Source: Gemmatimonadales bacterium (lineage in GTDB: Bacteria > Gemmatimonadota > Gemmatimonadetes > Gemmatimonadales > GWC2-71-9). Taken from it: DNA of 42,830 nucleotides. Shown here piece after piece: positions 31,385 through 40,847 of the stretch (position 1 is its first letter; the number at the start of each line of letters is the position of its first letter). A model generated the notes under the pieces. The model did not search any database. It was not told where the DNA came from and saw nothing but the letters and a program-made list of their open reading frames with translations. The stretch is taken from NCBI GenBank assembly GCA_037189525.1, contig JBBCJC010000014.1, positions 1 through 42,830 of the forward strand, written 5' to 3'. The translations under genes and the position numbers were made by a program.

Positions 31385-33154
31385 ATTGGCAAATCCGCTC
31401 CCAAACCCCCAGACCCTAAAGAAACGGCGGCAGCCAGCACGTCGACCAACGTCGGCAGCGCCATTGCCAATGCCTTCATGGGGAACATCAGCGAGTACGG
31501 CCCGGACGGGTCGACGCGCGTGGAGGCCACGGGCGAGCATAAATGGGTGGATCCCTATACAGGGCAGTCCTACACCATCCCGACCTTTTCGCGCTACACG
31601 GAGCTTTCCGAGGCGCAGCAGGCCATCAAGAACCAGTCGGATGCAGCCGAACTGAACCTTGCCGGTCTGGCGAACCAGCAATCGGGGTTCCTCCAGGATT
31701 ACCTAGCCAAGCCGTTCAACTTGTCTGGTGCGCCGGCTGCGGGCGATAGTTCCGCAGTTGGTCTCCCGGACTATCAGGCGTTTGGGAACGGGCCGGCGCT
31801 CGCAACCGGGATTGGGAGCGCTGGGAGCATCCAGAACTCCATCGGCAAGGTTGGGAAGACCCAGACCGATCTGAAGGGCGCGGGGAGCATCCAGAACTCG
31901 CTTGGTAAAACTGGCGCTATCCAGTCTAACATCGCGAGCGGAGGGGCCATTCAGCGCGGTATCGGCGGTGCTGGCGACATAACCCGTAGCTACGAAACGG
32001 ACTTCAGCGCCGACAGGCAGCGTGTCGAAGACGCGTTGATGGCGCGCATGAACCCGCAGCTTGATCGTGACCGGGCGGCGCTGGAGCAGCGGCTTGCCAA
32101 CCAGGGTTTGCAGCCGGGGTCGCAGGCCTACAACAGGGCGATTGATGAAGCGAACCGCTCGGCGACCGAAGCGAGGTATGGCGCGATCCTCGGGGCAGGG
32201 CAGGAGCAGTCCCGTCTTGTCGGCCTCGCCAATCAGGCGGCGAGCTTCCAGAATTCGGCACAACAACAGGCGTATGACCAACTCATGGGTGCTGGTCAGT
32301 TCGCGAACGCCGCGCAAGCGCAGCAATACGGGCAGAACGCCAACGATGCTGCTTTCGCAAACTCGGCGCAGGCTCAGCGGCTTCAGAAGGCATTGGCAGA
32401 GGGGGGCTTCAAGAACGCGGCGCAGCAGCAGAACTACAACCAGATACTCGCCTCGGGCCAGTTTGCAAACGCTGCCCGACAGCAGCGGTTCGATCAGGAG
32501 ATTGGCAAGGCTGGTCTCGCCAATGCGGCGCAGCAGCAGATGTATGATCAGGAGATTGGCAAGGCCAACCTTCAGAACAATGCTATGCAACAGATGGCTG
32601 ACAATGCCTACCGCGCGACGGCCGGCAACAACGCGCAGCAGGACCAGAGCTTCAACGCCCAGATGGCGCAAGTCAGCGCTCAGAACGCGGCCCGCACCCA
32701 GTGGATGCAGGAGCAGTTCGCGGCGCGTAGCCAGCCGATCAACGAAATCACTGCGCTGCTCAGCGGCGGGCAAGTCTCGCACCCAACGTTCATGGGCGCG
32801 AACATGCCGCAGATCCCCACAACTGACGTCGCGGGGCTGATCAACACGAACTATGCCCAGCAGATGCAGGGCTATCAGGCCAAGCAGCAGGCCCTTGGTG
32901 GCCTTCTAGGCGGCGTCGGCTCCTTGGTCGGGACGTTCCTTTCCGACGACAACGCCAAGAAGGACAAGACCCGCCTCGGCGACGTCAAGGGCGAGATGGG
33001 CCTGTGGTCGTACCGCTACAAGGGCGAGCCTAAGACTACGCCCAAACACGTTGGTCTCATGGCCTCCGAAGTCGAGCGGGAAAAGCCATCCGCCATCAAG
33101 CGCAAGGACGGCCTGCGCTACGTGAACTACCCCAAGGCACTCGGAGGTAAGTGA
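31385..33154 (+). CDS. Ejection/internal virion protein with a C-terminal Peptidase_S74-like domain; probable ATT start
   Basis: GKSAPKPPDP N-terminus, Q/A/N-rich repeats, GLLGG segment, SDDNAKKD...YRYKG...GLMASEVE...YVNY. Confidence 0.8.
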   Translation: MGKSAPKPPDPKETAAASTSTNVGSAIANAFMGNISEYGPDGSTRVEATGEHKWVDPYTGQSYTIPTFSRYTELSEAQQAIKNQSDAAELNLAGLANQQSGFLQDYLAKPFNLSGAPAAGDSSAVGLPDYQAFGNGPALATGIGSAGSIQNSIGKVGKTQTDLKGAGSIQNSLGKTGAIQSNIASGGAIQRGIGGAGDITRSYETDFSADRQRVEDALMARMNPQLDRDRAALEQRLANQGLQPGSQAYNRAIDEANRSATEARYGAILGAGQEQSRLVGLANQAASFQNSAQQQAYDQLMGAGQFANAAQAQQYGQNANDAAFANSAQAQRLQKALAEGGFKNAAQQQNYNQILASGQFANAARQQRFDQEIGKAGLANAAQQQMYDQEIGKANLQNNAMQQMADNAYRATAGNNAQQDQSFNAQMAQVSAQNAARTQWMQEQFAARSQPINEITALLSGGQVSHPTFMGANMPQIPTTDVAGLINTNYAQQMQGYQAKQQALGGLLGGVGSLVGTFLSDDNAKKDKTRLGDVKGEMGLWSYRYKGEPKTTPKHVGLMASEVEREKPSAIKRKDGLRYVNYPKALGGK

Positions 33155-35289
33155 TGGCAGGCTACATCTTCGGCGGGAACACCGGGGAAACCCCCGAAAG
33201 CCTCAAGCGCCGCAGGGAGGCTATCGAGGCGATGATCATGGGTCAGCGTACTCCCCAGAACTGGGGGGAGGGCTGGGGAGCCGTGATGAAGGGCATTGCG
33301 GCAGGCGTCGAGCGCGGCAGGATCGACAAGGCCGAGCGAGCCGGGCAGGAGAGCGCGTCTGCCGCCTTCAATCCAATCCTTGAAGCGTTCAACAGCCGTA
33401 TGGGGGCTGGGGGCTTCCCTGCCGCGCCGAACCCCGGCAACAGCACGACTATGGCAACAATGCCCGCGACTGATACCGCGTCCGCGAGGGTCGCGCAGGC
33501 TCACGGGGGCGGGTTCGATGGCGATCTGCGCAGCGGTATAATCTCGACGGCGGAAGCAATCGGGGCAGACCCGCTCGACCTCGCAACCGCAATCTCCTAC
33601 GAGACTGCCGGCACCTTCGACCCGACGAAGAAGGGGCCGCGCACTCAATGGGGTCAGCATCGCGGCTTGATCCAGTTCGGAGAGCCGCAGGCCAAACAGC
33701 ACGGCGTTGACTGGAACGATCCGGTCGGCTCTCAGCTCGGCCCTGATGGAGCTATCGCGAGCTACTTCCGTTCATCCGGCTTCAAGCCGGGAATGAGCGG
33801 TCTTGATCTGTATTCCACGATCAACGCGGGCGCGCCCGGCCGGTACAGCGCCTCAGATGCCAATAACGGCGGCGCGCCGGGCAACGTGCGGGACAAATGG
33901 GAAAACCAGATGGCCGGCCACCGCCGGAAAGCGCAGCAGCTGCTTGGCGACATGGCACCTGCGCAACCACAGGTCGAAAGTGGACTGACGCCCGATGCAC
34001 TCCAGCAGTGGGCATTCGCGAACTACGGGCAGCAGCCGCAGAATGGCAGCGCAGTAGATGCCGTGAACGCGCTCGGCAATGCCCAGCCGGTGGGCGTAGC
34101 AGAGAACGAGGCCGATATCCTTGCTCAGGAGCAGGCCATGGCAGGGCAGGCATTCGCGCCGCAGCCCGCAGGATCGCCGGCTCCACCCATGCCCGCTCCG
34201 CAGGCGGTCCAAGAGCAGCCCGTCGCGCCAATGCAGATGGGGGATGCCAGTGGCGGGTTTCCCGAAATGGCAGGGCAGAACCCTCAAGCCCTCCCTGTAT
34301 CGCAAGCCCCAGACATGCGCATGCTGCTGGAGGCGGCAAACAATCCATGGCTGAGCGATCAGCAGCGCAGCGTTGTGAACATGCTCTTGCAGCAGCAGAT
34401 GCAGGCGCAGGACCCCATGCGGCAGATGCAGTTGGAGAAGGGGCTGCTTGAGATCGATGCGCTGCGCACCGGTGCCCCCGGCGTCAATAGCAGCTTCGGC
34501 AACCTCGATGCGCAGGCGCGTGCTGCCGGTCTTCATCCTGGAACGTCGGAGTATCAGAGCTTCATGCTCAATGGCGGCGGCGCGCCAGCGACATTCCGCG
34601 CACTCGACATGCAGGCTCAAGCGGCCGGGTTCCAGCCGGGAACGCCTGAATACAACGAGTTCATGGCAACGCGCGGCGCGGGGCTACAGGCTGGGGCGGC
34701 TCAGACAGCCAAGAACGAGGCCGATATCGCTACAGGTGGGGCTGCCGCTGGTGCGAAGGAGGGCGGCAAGAAAACCATGGAGGCCGGCTTCAATGCGTGG
34801 GGCGACTACGGGAAGCTGCAAACCAGCATTGGCAACATGGACGAGGCAATTGCGGCCATCGACGGCGGGGCCAAGAGCGGCATTATATACAAGATGCTGC
34901 CGAACATCACCGAAGCATCGGCGTCGCTGCAAAACGCCATGGATCGCATGGGCCTCGACGTGATCGGCTCCGTAACCTTCGGCGCGCTGTCGGAAGGCGA
35001 AATGCGACTCGCCATGCAGACGGCCGCCCCGCGCGACCTCTCGCCGCCGGAGCTTCGCAACTGGCTCGTGAGGAAGCGCGATGCGCAGGTCAAGGCGGCC
35101 GACATGCTGGCGGATGCAGCACAGTATCTAACCAAGCCAGGCAACACCATCAACGGCTGGATCGAGCGCAACCAGGCCGGCGGCCGGTCTGGGCGTGGCC
35201 TCCCAGAACAACAGCAAATCCCCAATGGGTGGGAAGATGAGTGGGAATACCTCACCCAAGAGGAGCGCGCCAAGATTCTTGGCCGATAA
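33154..35289 (+). CDS. Ejection protein with a lysozyme-like (transglycosylase) domain
   Basis: AISYETAGTFDP...GLIQFG...YSTINAG catalytic pattern; Q/P-rich linker. Confidence 0.75.
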   Translation: MAGYIFGGNTGETPESLKRRREAIEAMIMGQRTPQNWGEGWGAVMKGIAAGVERGRIDKAERAGQESASAAFNPILEAFNSRMGAGGFPAAPNPGNSTTMATMPATDTASARVAQAHGGGFDGDLRSGIISTAEAIGADPLDLATAISYETAGTFDPTKKGPRTQWGQHRGLIQFGEPQAKQHGVDWNDPVGSQLGPDGAIASYFRSSGFKPGMSGLDLYSTINAGAPGRYSASDANNGGAPGNVRDKWENQMAGHRRKAQQLLGDMAPAQPQVESGLTPDALQQWAFANYGQQPQNGSAVDAVNALGNAQPVGVAENEADILAQEQAMAGQAFAPQPAGSPAPPMPAPQAVQEQPVAPMQMGDASGGFPEMAGQNPQALPVSQAPDMRMLLEAANNPWLSDQQRSVVNMLLQQQMQAQDPMRQMQLEKGLLEIDALRTGAPGVNSSFGNLDAQARAAGLHPGTSEYQSFMLNGGGAPATFRALDMQAQAAGFQPGTPEYNEFMATRGAGLQAGAAQTAKNEADIATGGAAAGAKEGGKKTMEAGFNAWGDYGKLQTSIGNMDEAIAAIDGGAKSGIIYKMLPNITEASASLQNAMDRMGLDVIGSVTFGALSEGEMRLAMQTAAPRDLSPPELRNWLVRKRDAQVKAADMLADAAQYLTKPGNTINGWIERNQAGGRSGRGLPEQQQIPNGWEDEWEYLTQEERAKILGR

Positions 35290-35363
35290 TCAGGAGGAAG
35301 CCATGAACCACCGAGATAAGTTCGCGATGGATCAGATTGTGGCAATACAGCGGGCGAAAGGTC

Positions 35364-35564
35364 TTATCCCCGCAGCATCGCCCGAAAATCGCTTAGAACC
35401 TCCATCGTTCCCGCAAGGGCATTCTGCTTCCGCAGTTCCCCCTCAATATGTTCAAGGCGGGCGTCAAGATCGTGACCGGCCGGCAGCGAGTTGACAACCA
35501 TTGCCAGCACCAGCCGAATGCCATGCAGTTCGGCTTGCACCTCCAACAACCGATCTTCGTCCAT
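35364..35564 (-). CDS. Small antisense moron protein
   Basis: 66-aa helical ORF with a GGGAGG SD, between two ejection genes. Confidence 0.55.
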   Translation of the reverse strand: MDEDRLLEVQAELHGIRLVLAMVVNSLPAGHDLDARLEHIEGELRKQNALAGTMEVLSDFRAMLRG

Positions 35565-35616
35565 TCGTCCCTCCCATTTCCCCGATCATTGAACCTTTCC
35601 GCCCCGGAGTCGAGAT

Positions 35617-37083
35617 ATGGATGAACTTGAAGCCATCCGCCTTCGCGCGCAGGCAAGACGAAGACGTGCGGAGGCGGAGGGGCAGACGAAACAGCCAACA
35701 GCCCAGGCACCAGAAGGGCGCGGCTTCTTTCGCCGCGTAGATGATGCCGTTCGCGGGGTTGCCGATATGGCTACATTCGGTTTCGCTGACGAAATCGCCG
35801 CTGGTCTCGGGTCGCTCACTGGCCTTGGCGGGCAGCAGGGCAACTACGACGCCAACCTAGAAGCTCAACGTCAGCGTGATCGTGATGGGGGGTGGGAGAG
35901 GCTTGGCGGGCAGGTTGTCGGGGCGTTTGCCAACCCCGCGATGGTGGCCCGCACAACATTGGGAGCGATAGGCCAAGGCGCTGCATATGGTGGAGCGTAC
36001 GGATACGGGAGCGGGGAGGGAAGCACAGAGAACAGGATGAAGAACGCCGGGTTTGGAGCCTTGGTCGGTGGCGGCGTCGGCGGCGTAGTGCATGGGGCAA
36101 CCAACGCCATTTCCAACCGGCTTGCCCGGAGTGCCATGCCAGATACGAATGATCTGCGCGCCCTGAGCCAAGCCGGATATGATGCTGCCGACGCGGCCGG
36201 CGTCATTGTCCGCCCGGAAGGCATGCGTCGGGTTGCGACCGATGTCGTGGGCGATCTGGTTGACTTTGGCTATCATCCATCTCTCCAGCCTCGCATCGGC
36301 ACGGTACTTTCCGAGATGGAGCGGTTGGGGAATACCAATACCACCTACAAGGGCCTGGATACGCTTCGGAAGATGGTCGGGCGTGTGGCGGATAGCAACG
36401 ACCCGGCTGAGAAGGCTATGGCGTCGCGCATCCTGTCGCGTCTGGACGACTACATGACAAATCTGCCGGCGGATGACGTGCTGACGGGCAATGCCGCTCA
36501 AGCCTCTCAGGGCATCCAGCAGGGCAGGGAGAATTGGGCGAGGATGCGCCGTGCCGAGATGGTGGATACTGCCCGTATCAAGGCAGAACGCCGGGCGGCG
36601 TCAGGCGGAACGGGCGGGAACCTTGAAAACACCCTGCGCCAGAATGTCCGCTCGATCCTCGACAACCCCCGCCGCTCGCGGGGCATGACCGAAGCCGAAA
36701 AGGAGATGGCCGAGCGCATTGTTCGCGGCACCGGCGGTCAGAACGCATTGCGGCTCGCGGGGCGGCTGTCGCCCACAACTGGCGGCCTCTCGGCCATGCT
36801 GAACGTAGGCGCGGCCGCCACTAACCCACTCCTGATGATCCCCGGAACTCTCGGGATGGGCGCGAAGGCGCTGGCTGATCGAGGCACGCATCAAAACGTG
36901 CAGCGCCTCGCTGAGATGATCCGAAGCGGTGGGATGACGGCAGATCAGGTCGCCAAGCAGGCCGCCAAGGGCATCGGACGCGACGATATTGTCCGGGCCA
37001 TTATGGGCATCAAGAAGGGCGAGGCTGTCGCGTTGCCGGCGGCGGCAAAGATCGCCGCCGGGCTTAGGGAGTATGTGCCCTAA
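35617..37083 (+). CDS. Ejection / DNA transfer protein
   Basis: TFGFADEIAAG and Gly/Ala-rich GAAYGGAYGYGSGEG segments followed by a helical body. Confidence 0.75.
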   Translation: MDELEAIRLRAQARRRRAEAEGQTKQPTAQAPEGRGFFRRVDDAVRGVADMATFGFADEIAAGLGSLTGLGGQQGNYDANLEAQRQRDRDGGWERLGGQVVGAFANPAMVARTTLGAIGQGAAYGGAYGYGSGEGSTENRMKNAGFGALVGGGVGGVVHGATNAISNRLARSAMPDTNDLRALSQAGYDAADAAGVIVRPEGMRRVATDVVGDLVDFGYHPSLQPRIGTVLSEMERLGNTNTTYKGLDTLRKMVGRVADSNDPAEKAMASRILSRLDDYMTNLPADDVLTGNAAQASQGIQQGRENWARMRRAEMVDTARIKAERRAASGGTGGNLENTLRQNVRSILDNPRRSRGMTEAEKEMAERIVRGTGGQNALRLAGRLSPTTGGLSAMLNVGAAATNPLLMIPGTLGMGAKALADRGTHQNVQRLAEMIRSGGMTADQVAKQAAKGIGRDDIVRAIMGIKKGEAVALPAAAKIAAGLREYVP

Positions 37084-37286
37084 GTGCCGCCCATGGCGAG
37101 GTAGAACCCGCCGAAGGCAAACGCGAACACCATAACTACAACAGCGAGGTATAGGCCGAGCGGCTCTTTCGCTTGCTCTCTGCGGCTGATGTTTATGCAA
37201 GCCCACACAAACGCGACAAGCAACATGCCGGCCGTCAGAACAGCGGAAAAGACGGTCCAGAAAAGGCTAGGCTCGCTCAATTGCAA
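37080..37286 (-). CDS. Small two-TM membrane protein
   Basis: Two hydrophobic helices; TTG start overlapping the upstream gene. Confidence 0.6.
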   Translation of the reverse strand: MQLSEPSLFWTVFSAVLTAGMLLVAFVWACINISRREQAKEPLGLYLAVVVMVFAFAFGGFYLAMGGT

Positions 37287-37639
37287 CTCGTTTGAAGTGT
37301 TCCAAAAACCGCGCGCGTTGTGCAGACAGTAGGTTTGTACCTCGCATTGAACTCGGCGTTCCCCCGAGAAAGCTCTTGGGCGAGAAGCAGTTTGGCGTCG
37401 GCGTTGCTGATCCGCCCGGCGAGGAATTTTTCGTTCACGCTATCACCGAACGCCATGTAGCGGATGCCCATCTCGTTGTTCATCATCCCGGCCGTACCAG
37501 ATGCCACGCGGCCCTTGATGCAGTCCCACATGTGGTTGAACTGAGGATGTTGTGACGAGCACGATTGCTGAGCATTGTTCAATGATGAAACACATGCCGA
37601 CAGCACGATCGCGCACCCTGCAACGATAATCCACCTCAT
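37277..37639 (-). CDS. Lipoprotein (possible superinfection exclusion)
   Basis: MRWIIVAGCAIVLSAC lipobox; co-oriented and coupled with the mnt-like gene. Confidence 0.75.
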   Translation of the reverse strand: MRWIIVAGCAIVLSACVSSLNNAQQSCSSQHPQFNHMWDCIKGRVASGTAGMMNNEMGIRYMAFGDSVNEKFLAGRISNADAKLLLAQELSRGNAEFNARYKPTVCTTRAVFGTLQTSCN

Positions 37640-37875
37640 CCGCCCTTCTCCTGTTCCAATCGCTGAACCAGCGCCCTAGCCAACTCTAGCGCGGTATCAT
37701 CGACTTGGGCATTCAATTTGGGAACGTAGTCGTCCATCTCCAACGTGGTTTGCAGGCGGTAGATGATCTCGGCGTTCATGCTGCGGCCGTTCTCGGCCGC
37801 CGCATCGCGGATGCGGTCACGCATGCCGTCTGGCATCCGAACAAGGAAACGGTTCTGGTCGCGTGGCTCACCCAT
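37636..37875 (-). CDS. Arc/Mnt-family repressor (mnt-like)
   Basis: RFLVRMPDGMRDRIRDAAAENGRSMNAEIIYRL. Confidence 0.9.
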   Translation of the reverse strand: MGEPRDQNRFLVRMPDGMRDRIRDAAAENGRSMNAEIIYRLQTTLEMDDYVPKLNAQVDDTALELARALVQRLEQEKGG

Positions 37876-37986
37876 GCAGCCATAAGCGATATCAAACGGG
37901 CACCTGTAAATAATGCCCAAATGGTGCTAGTGCCCTATTGATATCATGCTTCCCATCTGGCACTATGTCGGATGAAAGGAGCAGCT

Positions 37987-38151
37987 ATGGAAGTTAGAAC
38001 CAACACTGAAAAGATGCAGGTGCGTCTGCCGCCAGACCTCAAGCTTTGGCTGGCGAAGCAGGCGCGGAAGAATGGAAGTTCGCAGAATAGCGAGATTGTT
38101 CGCGCCCTCAGAGAGAGGGCGGAGCGAATGGCGACGGGGAAAGCGGCCTAG
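37987..38151 (+). CDS. Arc-family repressor (arc-like), 54 aa
   Basis: Manual translation MEVRTNTEKMQVRLPPDLKLWLAKQARKNGSSQNSEIVRALRERAERMATGKAA; AAGGAG SD. Confidence 0.85.
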   Translation: MEVRTNTEKMQVRLPPDLKLWLAKQARKNGSSQNSEIVRALRERAERMATGKAA

Positions 38152-38230
38152 GAACCTACACCCCGTCGCCAGCCAGAACGCCGCGTTAGCGCGCGGCATC
38201 CACATCCACCAAGGTATTAGAGGTACCGAG

Positions 38231-38941
38231 ATGAACAACCTTACGATTACCACGGGCGAAGGCCCGACGACAATGAGCAGCCTCGAAATCTCGGAGCTGG
38301 TCGAAAAGCGCCATGACAACGTGATGGCCGACATCCGCACGATGCTCAACGCGCTGGATTTGCCAGCCCTGAATTTTCAGGGCTCCTATGTTGGAGGCAA
38401 CGGCAAGGCGCTCCCGTGCTTCAATCTGCCTCGCGATCTGACGATGACACTCATCACCGGTTACAGCATCCCGCTTCGGAAGCGGGTGATCGACCGGCTG
38501 AACGAACTGGAGCGGTACGCTGCCAGTCCGCAGGCGGTTCTCAACGATCCCGCTGCGATGCGCAGCATTCTCCTGACCTATACGGAAAAGGTCATCGAGC
38601 TTGAGCACCGCGTGGATGAAATGCTCCCGACCGTCGAAGCGTTCGAGCAGATCGCTGGCGCGCATGGCAGCATGAGCCGAACGGAAACCGCAAAGCACCT
38701 CGGTATTCCTCCGCATGTTCTCTGCAAGTGGATGCGCACCAACGGCTGGACGTATCGCCGCGCCGGGGCGAAAGAGGATTTGGCCTACCAGTCAAAGATG
38801 AACTCCGGCTATTTGGAGCACAAGGTTTCTACCGGCCCCAAATCGGACGGCACCGAGTGGATTGGCACGCAAGTCCGGGTCACCCCCAAGGGGTTGACGG
38901 TTCTTGCCAAGGCTTTCCCTCCTTCCGCGAGGGCTGCATAA
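38231..38941 (+). CDS. ant: Antirepressor: Rha-type N-terminus + ANT/KilAC C-terminus
   Basis: TMSSLEISELVEKRHDNVMADIR...GYSIPLRKRVIDR; QVRVTPKGL. Confidence 0.9.
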   Translation: MNNLTITTGEGPTTMSSLEISELVEKRHDNVMADIRTMLNALDLPALNFQGSYVGGNGKALPCFNLPRDLTMTLITGYSIPLRKRVIDRLNELERYAASPQAVLNDPAAMRSILLTYTEKVIELEHRVDEMLPTVEAFEQIAGAHGSMSRTETAKHLGIPPHVLCKWMRTNGWTYRRAGAKEDLAYQSKMNSGYLEHKVSTGPKSDGTEWIGTQVRVTPKGLTVLAKAFPPSARAA

Positions 38942-39357
38942 TGGACCGTCGCACCTTTCTAGCCGGGGCCGCTGTTGCGGCGGCTCCTGTATTGCCCGCT
39001 GCTGCGGAGCCCGCCACACCTCGCCAGCGTCTAAACGCTGCGATTGCCGAATTGAAAGCCGCCGCTCAGGAAATGGACCCGAGTATCGAGCGTTGGGACA
39101 TCGGCTGGGCCCAAGATGATGGAATGACACTTGGTTTCTCGGCCATGGCCTTCCGCCGCACCGGCCAATACGAGGGTGACGGCATCTACGAAGGTGGATC
39201 GAAGGCGCAGCACGGCAAGCGGCCCCGGTGGCGGGTCAAGCTTCGTCCGCATCCGGTTGATGGTCATCGAGTGTTCGATGTCTGCACCGACATGGACCAA
39301 ATGGTTCTGACGGAGCCCAAGTTCAACACCTTCATCGTCGGCGGGAAGGTCGCCTGA
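38941..39357 (+). CDS. Hypothetical protein with twin-arginine-like N-terminus
   Basis: MDRRTFLAGAAVAAAPVLPAAA; TAATG overlap with ant. Confidence 0.7.
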   Translation: MDRRTFLAGAAVAAAPVLPAAAEPATPRQRLNAAIAELKAAAQEMDPSIERWDIGWAQDDGMTLGFSAMAFRRTGQYEGDGIYEGGSKAQHGKRPRWRVKLRPHPVDGHRVFDVCTDMDQMVLTEPKFNTFIVGGKVA

Positions 39358-39400
39358 CAACCAATATGGAGGCTTCGGCCTCCCTTTCACAATCCTTCCG

Positions 39401-39427
39401 CAAGCCGTCCTTCGGGGCGGCTTTTTT
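39401..39427 (+). terminator. Intrinsic terminator after the ant operon
   Basis: AAGCCGTCC-TTCG-GGGCGGCTT followed by a T run. Confidence 0.8.
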
Positions 39428-39442
39428 CATGGAGAGTTGCCC

Positions 39443-40315
39443 ATGCCGAGAGTTGCCGGAGTTTATAGCCCGCCAGCCGGGACAAAAGGCGTTCCGAACA
39501 CGACAATCCAGAGCGCGCCTTACAACGCGTTTATCGATGATCTCACTCAGGACGCCAATGCGGCGCGGCCGATTACTGCCGGCGGCACAGGCGCAACCTC
39601 GGCTAGCGCGGCAAGAGACAACCTTGCTGTTATCGGCGTGGCTGGGAACTACGAGATCACGGGACTCAAGTATTTCTCAGGTTCAGGTCTTCGCACGCGC
39701 AGCGTCAATGAGGGCTATGGTGCATCATATCTGAGTTTTTGGGATTCTGTCGGGGCCCGACTGGGATATATAGGCGCGGGGGCAACCAATAACGCCCACA
39801 TCACGCTCACCGCCGACGCGGCTGGCGCCAACATCATACTCAGCCCCGGTGCCGGGGGCACGGTAAACGTTCTAGGCGGTCTGTCTTTCGGGAGTGGTGC
39901 AGCAGCCGCAAGCCGGGACAATATGGGGCTTGGTGGCTCGGCCACTCTGAACGTGGGCACGACCTCTGGCACTGTCGCTGCCGGAAATGACAGCCGTATC
40001 GTGAACGCCGTCCAGACCTCCGGCAACCAGACCATCACGGGCGCGAAGAACTTCACCGGGAGTTTGCAGGTCGATGGAGCCCCGGCTTGCGCTGTCTATA
40101 ACGGTGCGGTCCAGAATCAGACTGTCTTTCCCGTCGGTCACACCATCCACGTAAATGCGGCGGGTGGGGCCGATAGAAACCAGTCATTCACGATCTACCT
40201 TGCCGCCGGGAACCAAAACTACAGCACAACGGTCAGCGGGACCGCTCTGGCGGGAACGTGGAGAGCGAGGGGGAACACTTCTGGCACCTCTTTCATCGCT
40301 CAGCGGGTTTCATAG
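39443..40315 (+). CDS. Tail fibre protein
   Basis: MPR..GVYS.PAGT N-terminus, GGTGATSASAARDNL, NVGTTSGTVAAGNDSRIVNA, GTWRARG. Confidence 0.85.
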   Translation: MPRVAGVYSPPAGTKGVPNTTIQSAPYNAFIDDLTQDANAARPITAGGTGATSASAARDNLAVIGVAGNYEITGLKYFSGSGLRTRSVNEGYGASYLSFWDSVGARLGYIGAGATNNAHITLTADAAGANIILSPGAGGTVNVLGGLSFGSGAAAASRDNMGLGGSATLNVGTTSGTVAAGNDSRIVNAVQTSGNQTITGAKNFTGSLQVDGAPACAVYNGAVQNQTVFPVGHTIHVNAAGGADRNQSFTIYLAAGNQNYSTTVSGTALAGTWRARGNTSGTSFIAQRVS

Positions 40316-40323
40316 GAGGCACT

Positions 40324-40785
40324 ATGACAACGATCGAAATCAACTCCGTTCGCCGCCTGCTGGACCCCGATTGCTACCTCGTTAACGTCGAGGCACCTAC
40401 GGGTCCCTACGATTTCGCGTCATATCCGGCAGACACGTTTGGTGACGGGCCAGTCGTCCGAGAGGCGCTGATGCAATGGATCGCCGATGGGCATCCCGTA
40501 GAGCCCTACATGCTGCCGACCCCGGAAGAAGCCCGCGCAGCCATGCCGAGCCTGACCGCTCGGCAAATCCGGCTGGCGCTGATCGGCGCGGGGTTTTCGC
40601 TTTCGCAGGTAAATGCGGCGATTGAAGCCATCCCGGACGCTATGCAGCGTGAAGCGGCCATGGTCGAATGGGAGTACGCATCGAGTTACCGCCGCGACCA
40701 TCCACTGATCGGATCCATAGCGGCGGTCCTCGATCTAACCGATGAGCAGATTGACGCCTTTTGGGCGACCGCCGCGACGCTCTGA
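40324..40785 (+). CDS. Tail fibre assembly/chaperone-like protein
   Basis: LTARQIRLAL...EWEYA....R.HPL......L.LTDEQIDAFW..AA; follows the fibre gene. Confidence 0.7.
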   Translation: MTTIEINSVRRLLDPDCYLVNVEAPTGPYDFASYPADTFGDGPVVREALMQWIADGHPVEPYMLPTPEEARAAMPSLTARQIRLALIGAGFSLSQVNAAIEAIPDAMQREAAMVEWEYASSYRRDHPLIGSIAAVLDLTDEQIDAFWATAATL

Positions 40786-40847
40786 CCTGACCACCTCAGA
40801 CTGAAACCACCAGCCGCCCGGCGACAGCCGGGGGAAGGAGAACGCAC

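Noticed and set aside
33154..37083. Tape measure protein / long tail
   Set aside because: No tail tube, sheath, chaperone frameshift pair or baseplate genes were seen. The organisation fits podoviral ejection proteins.
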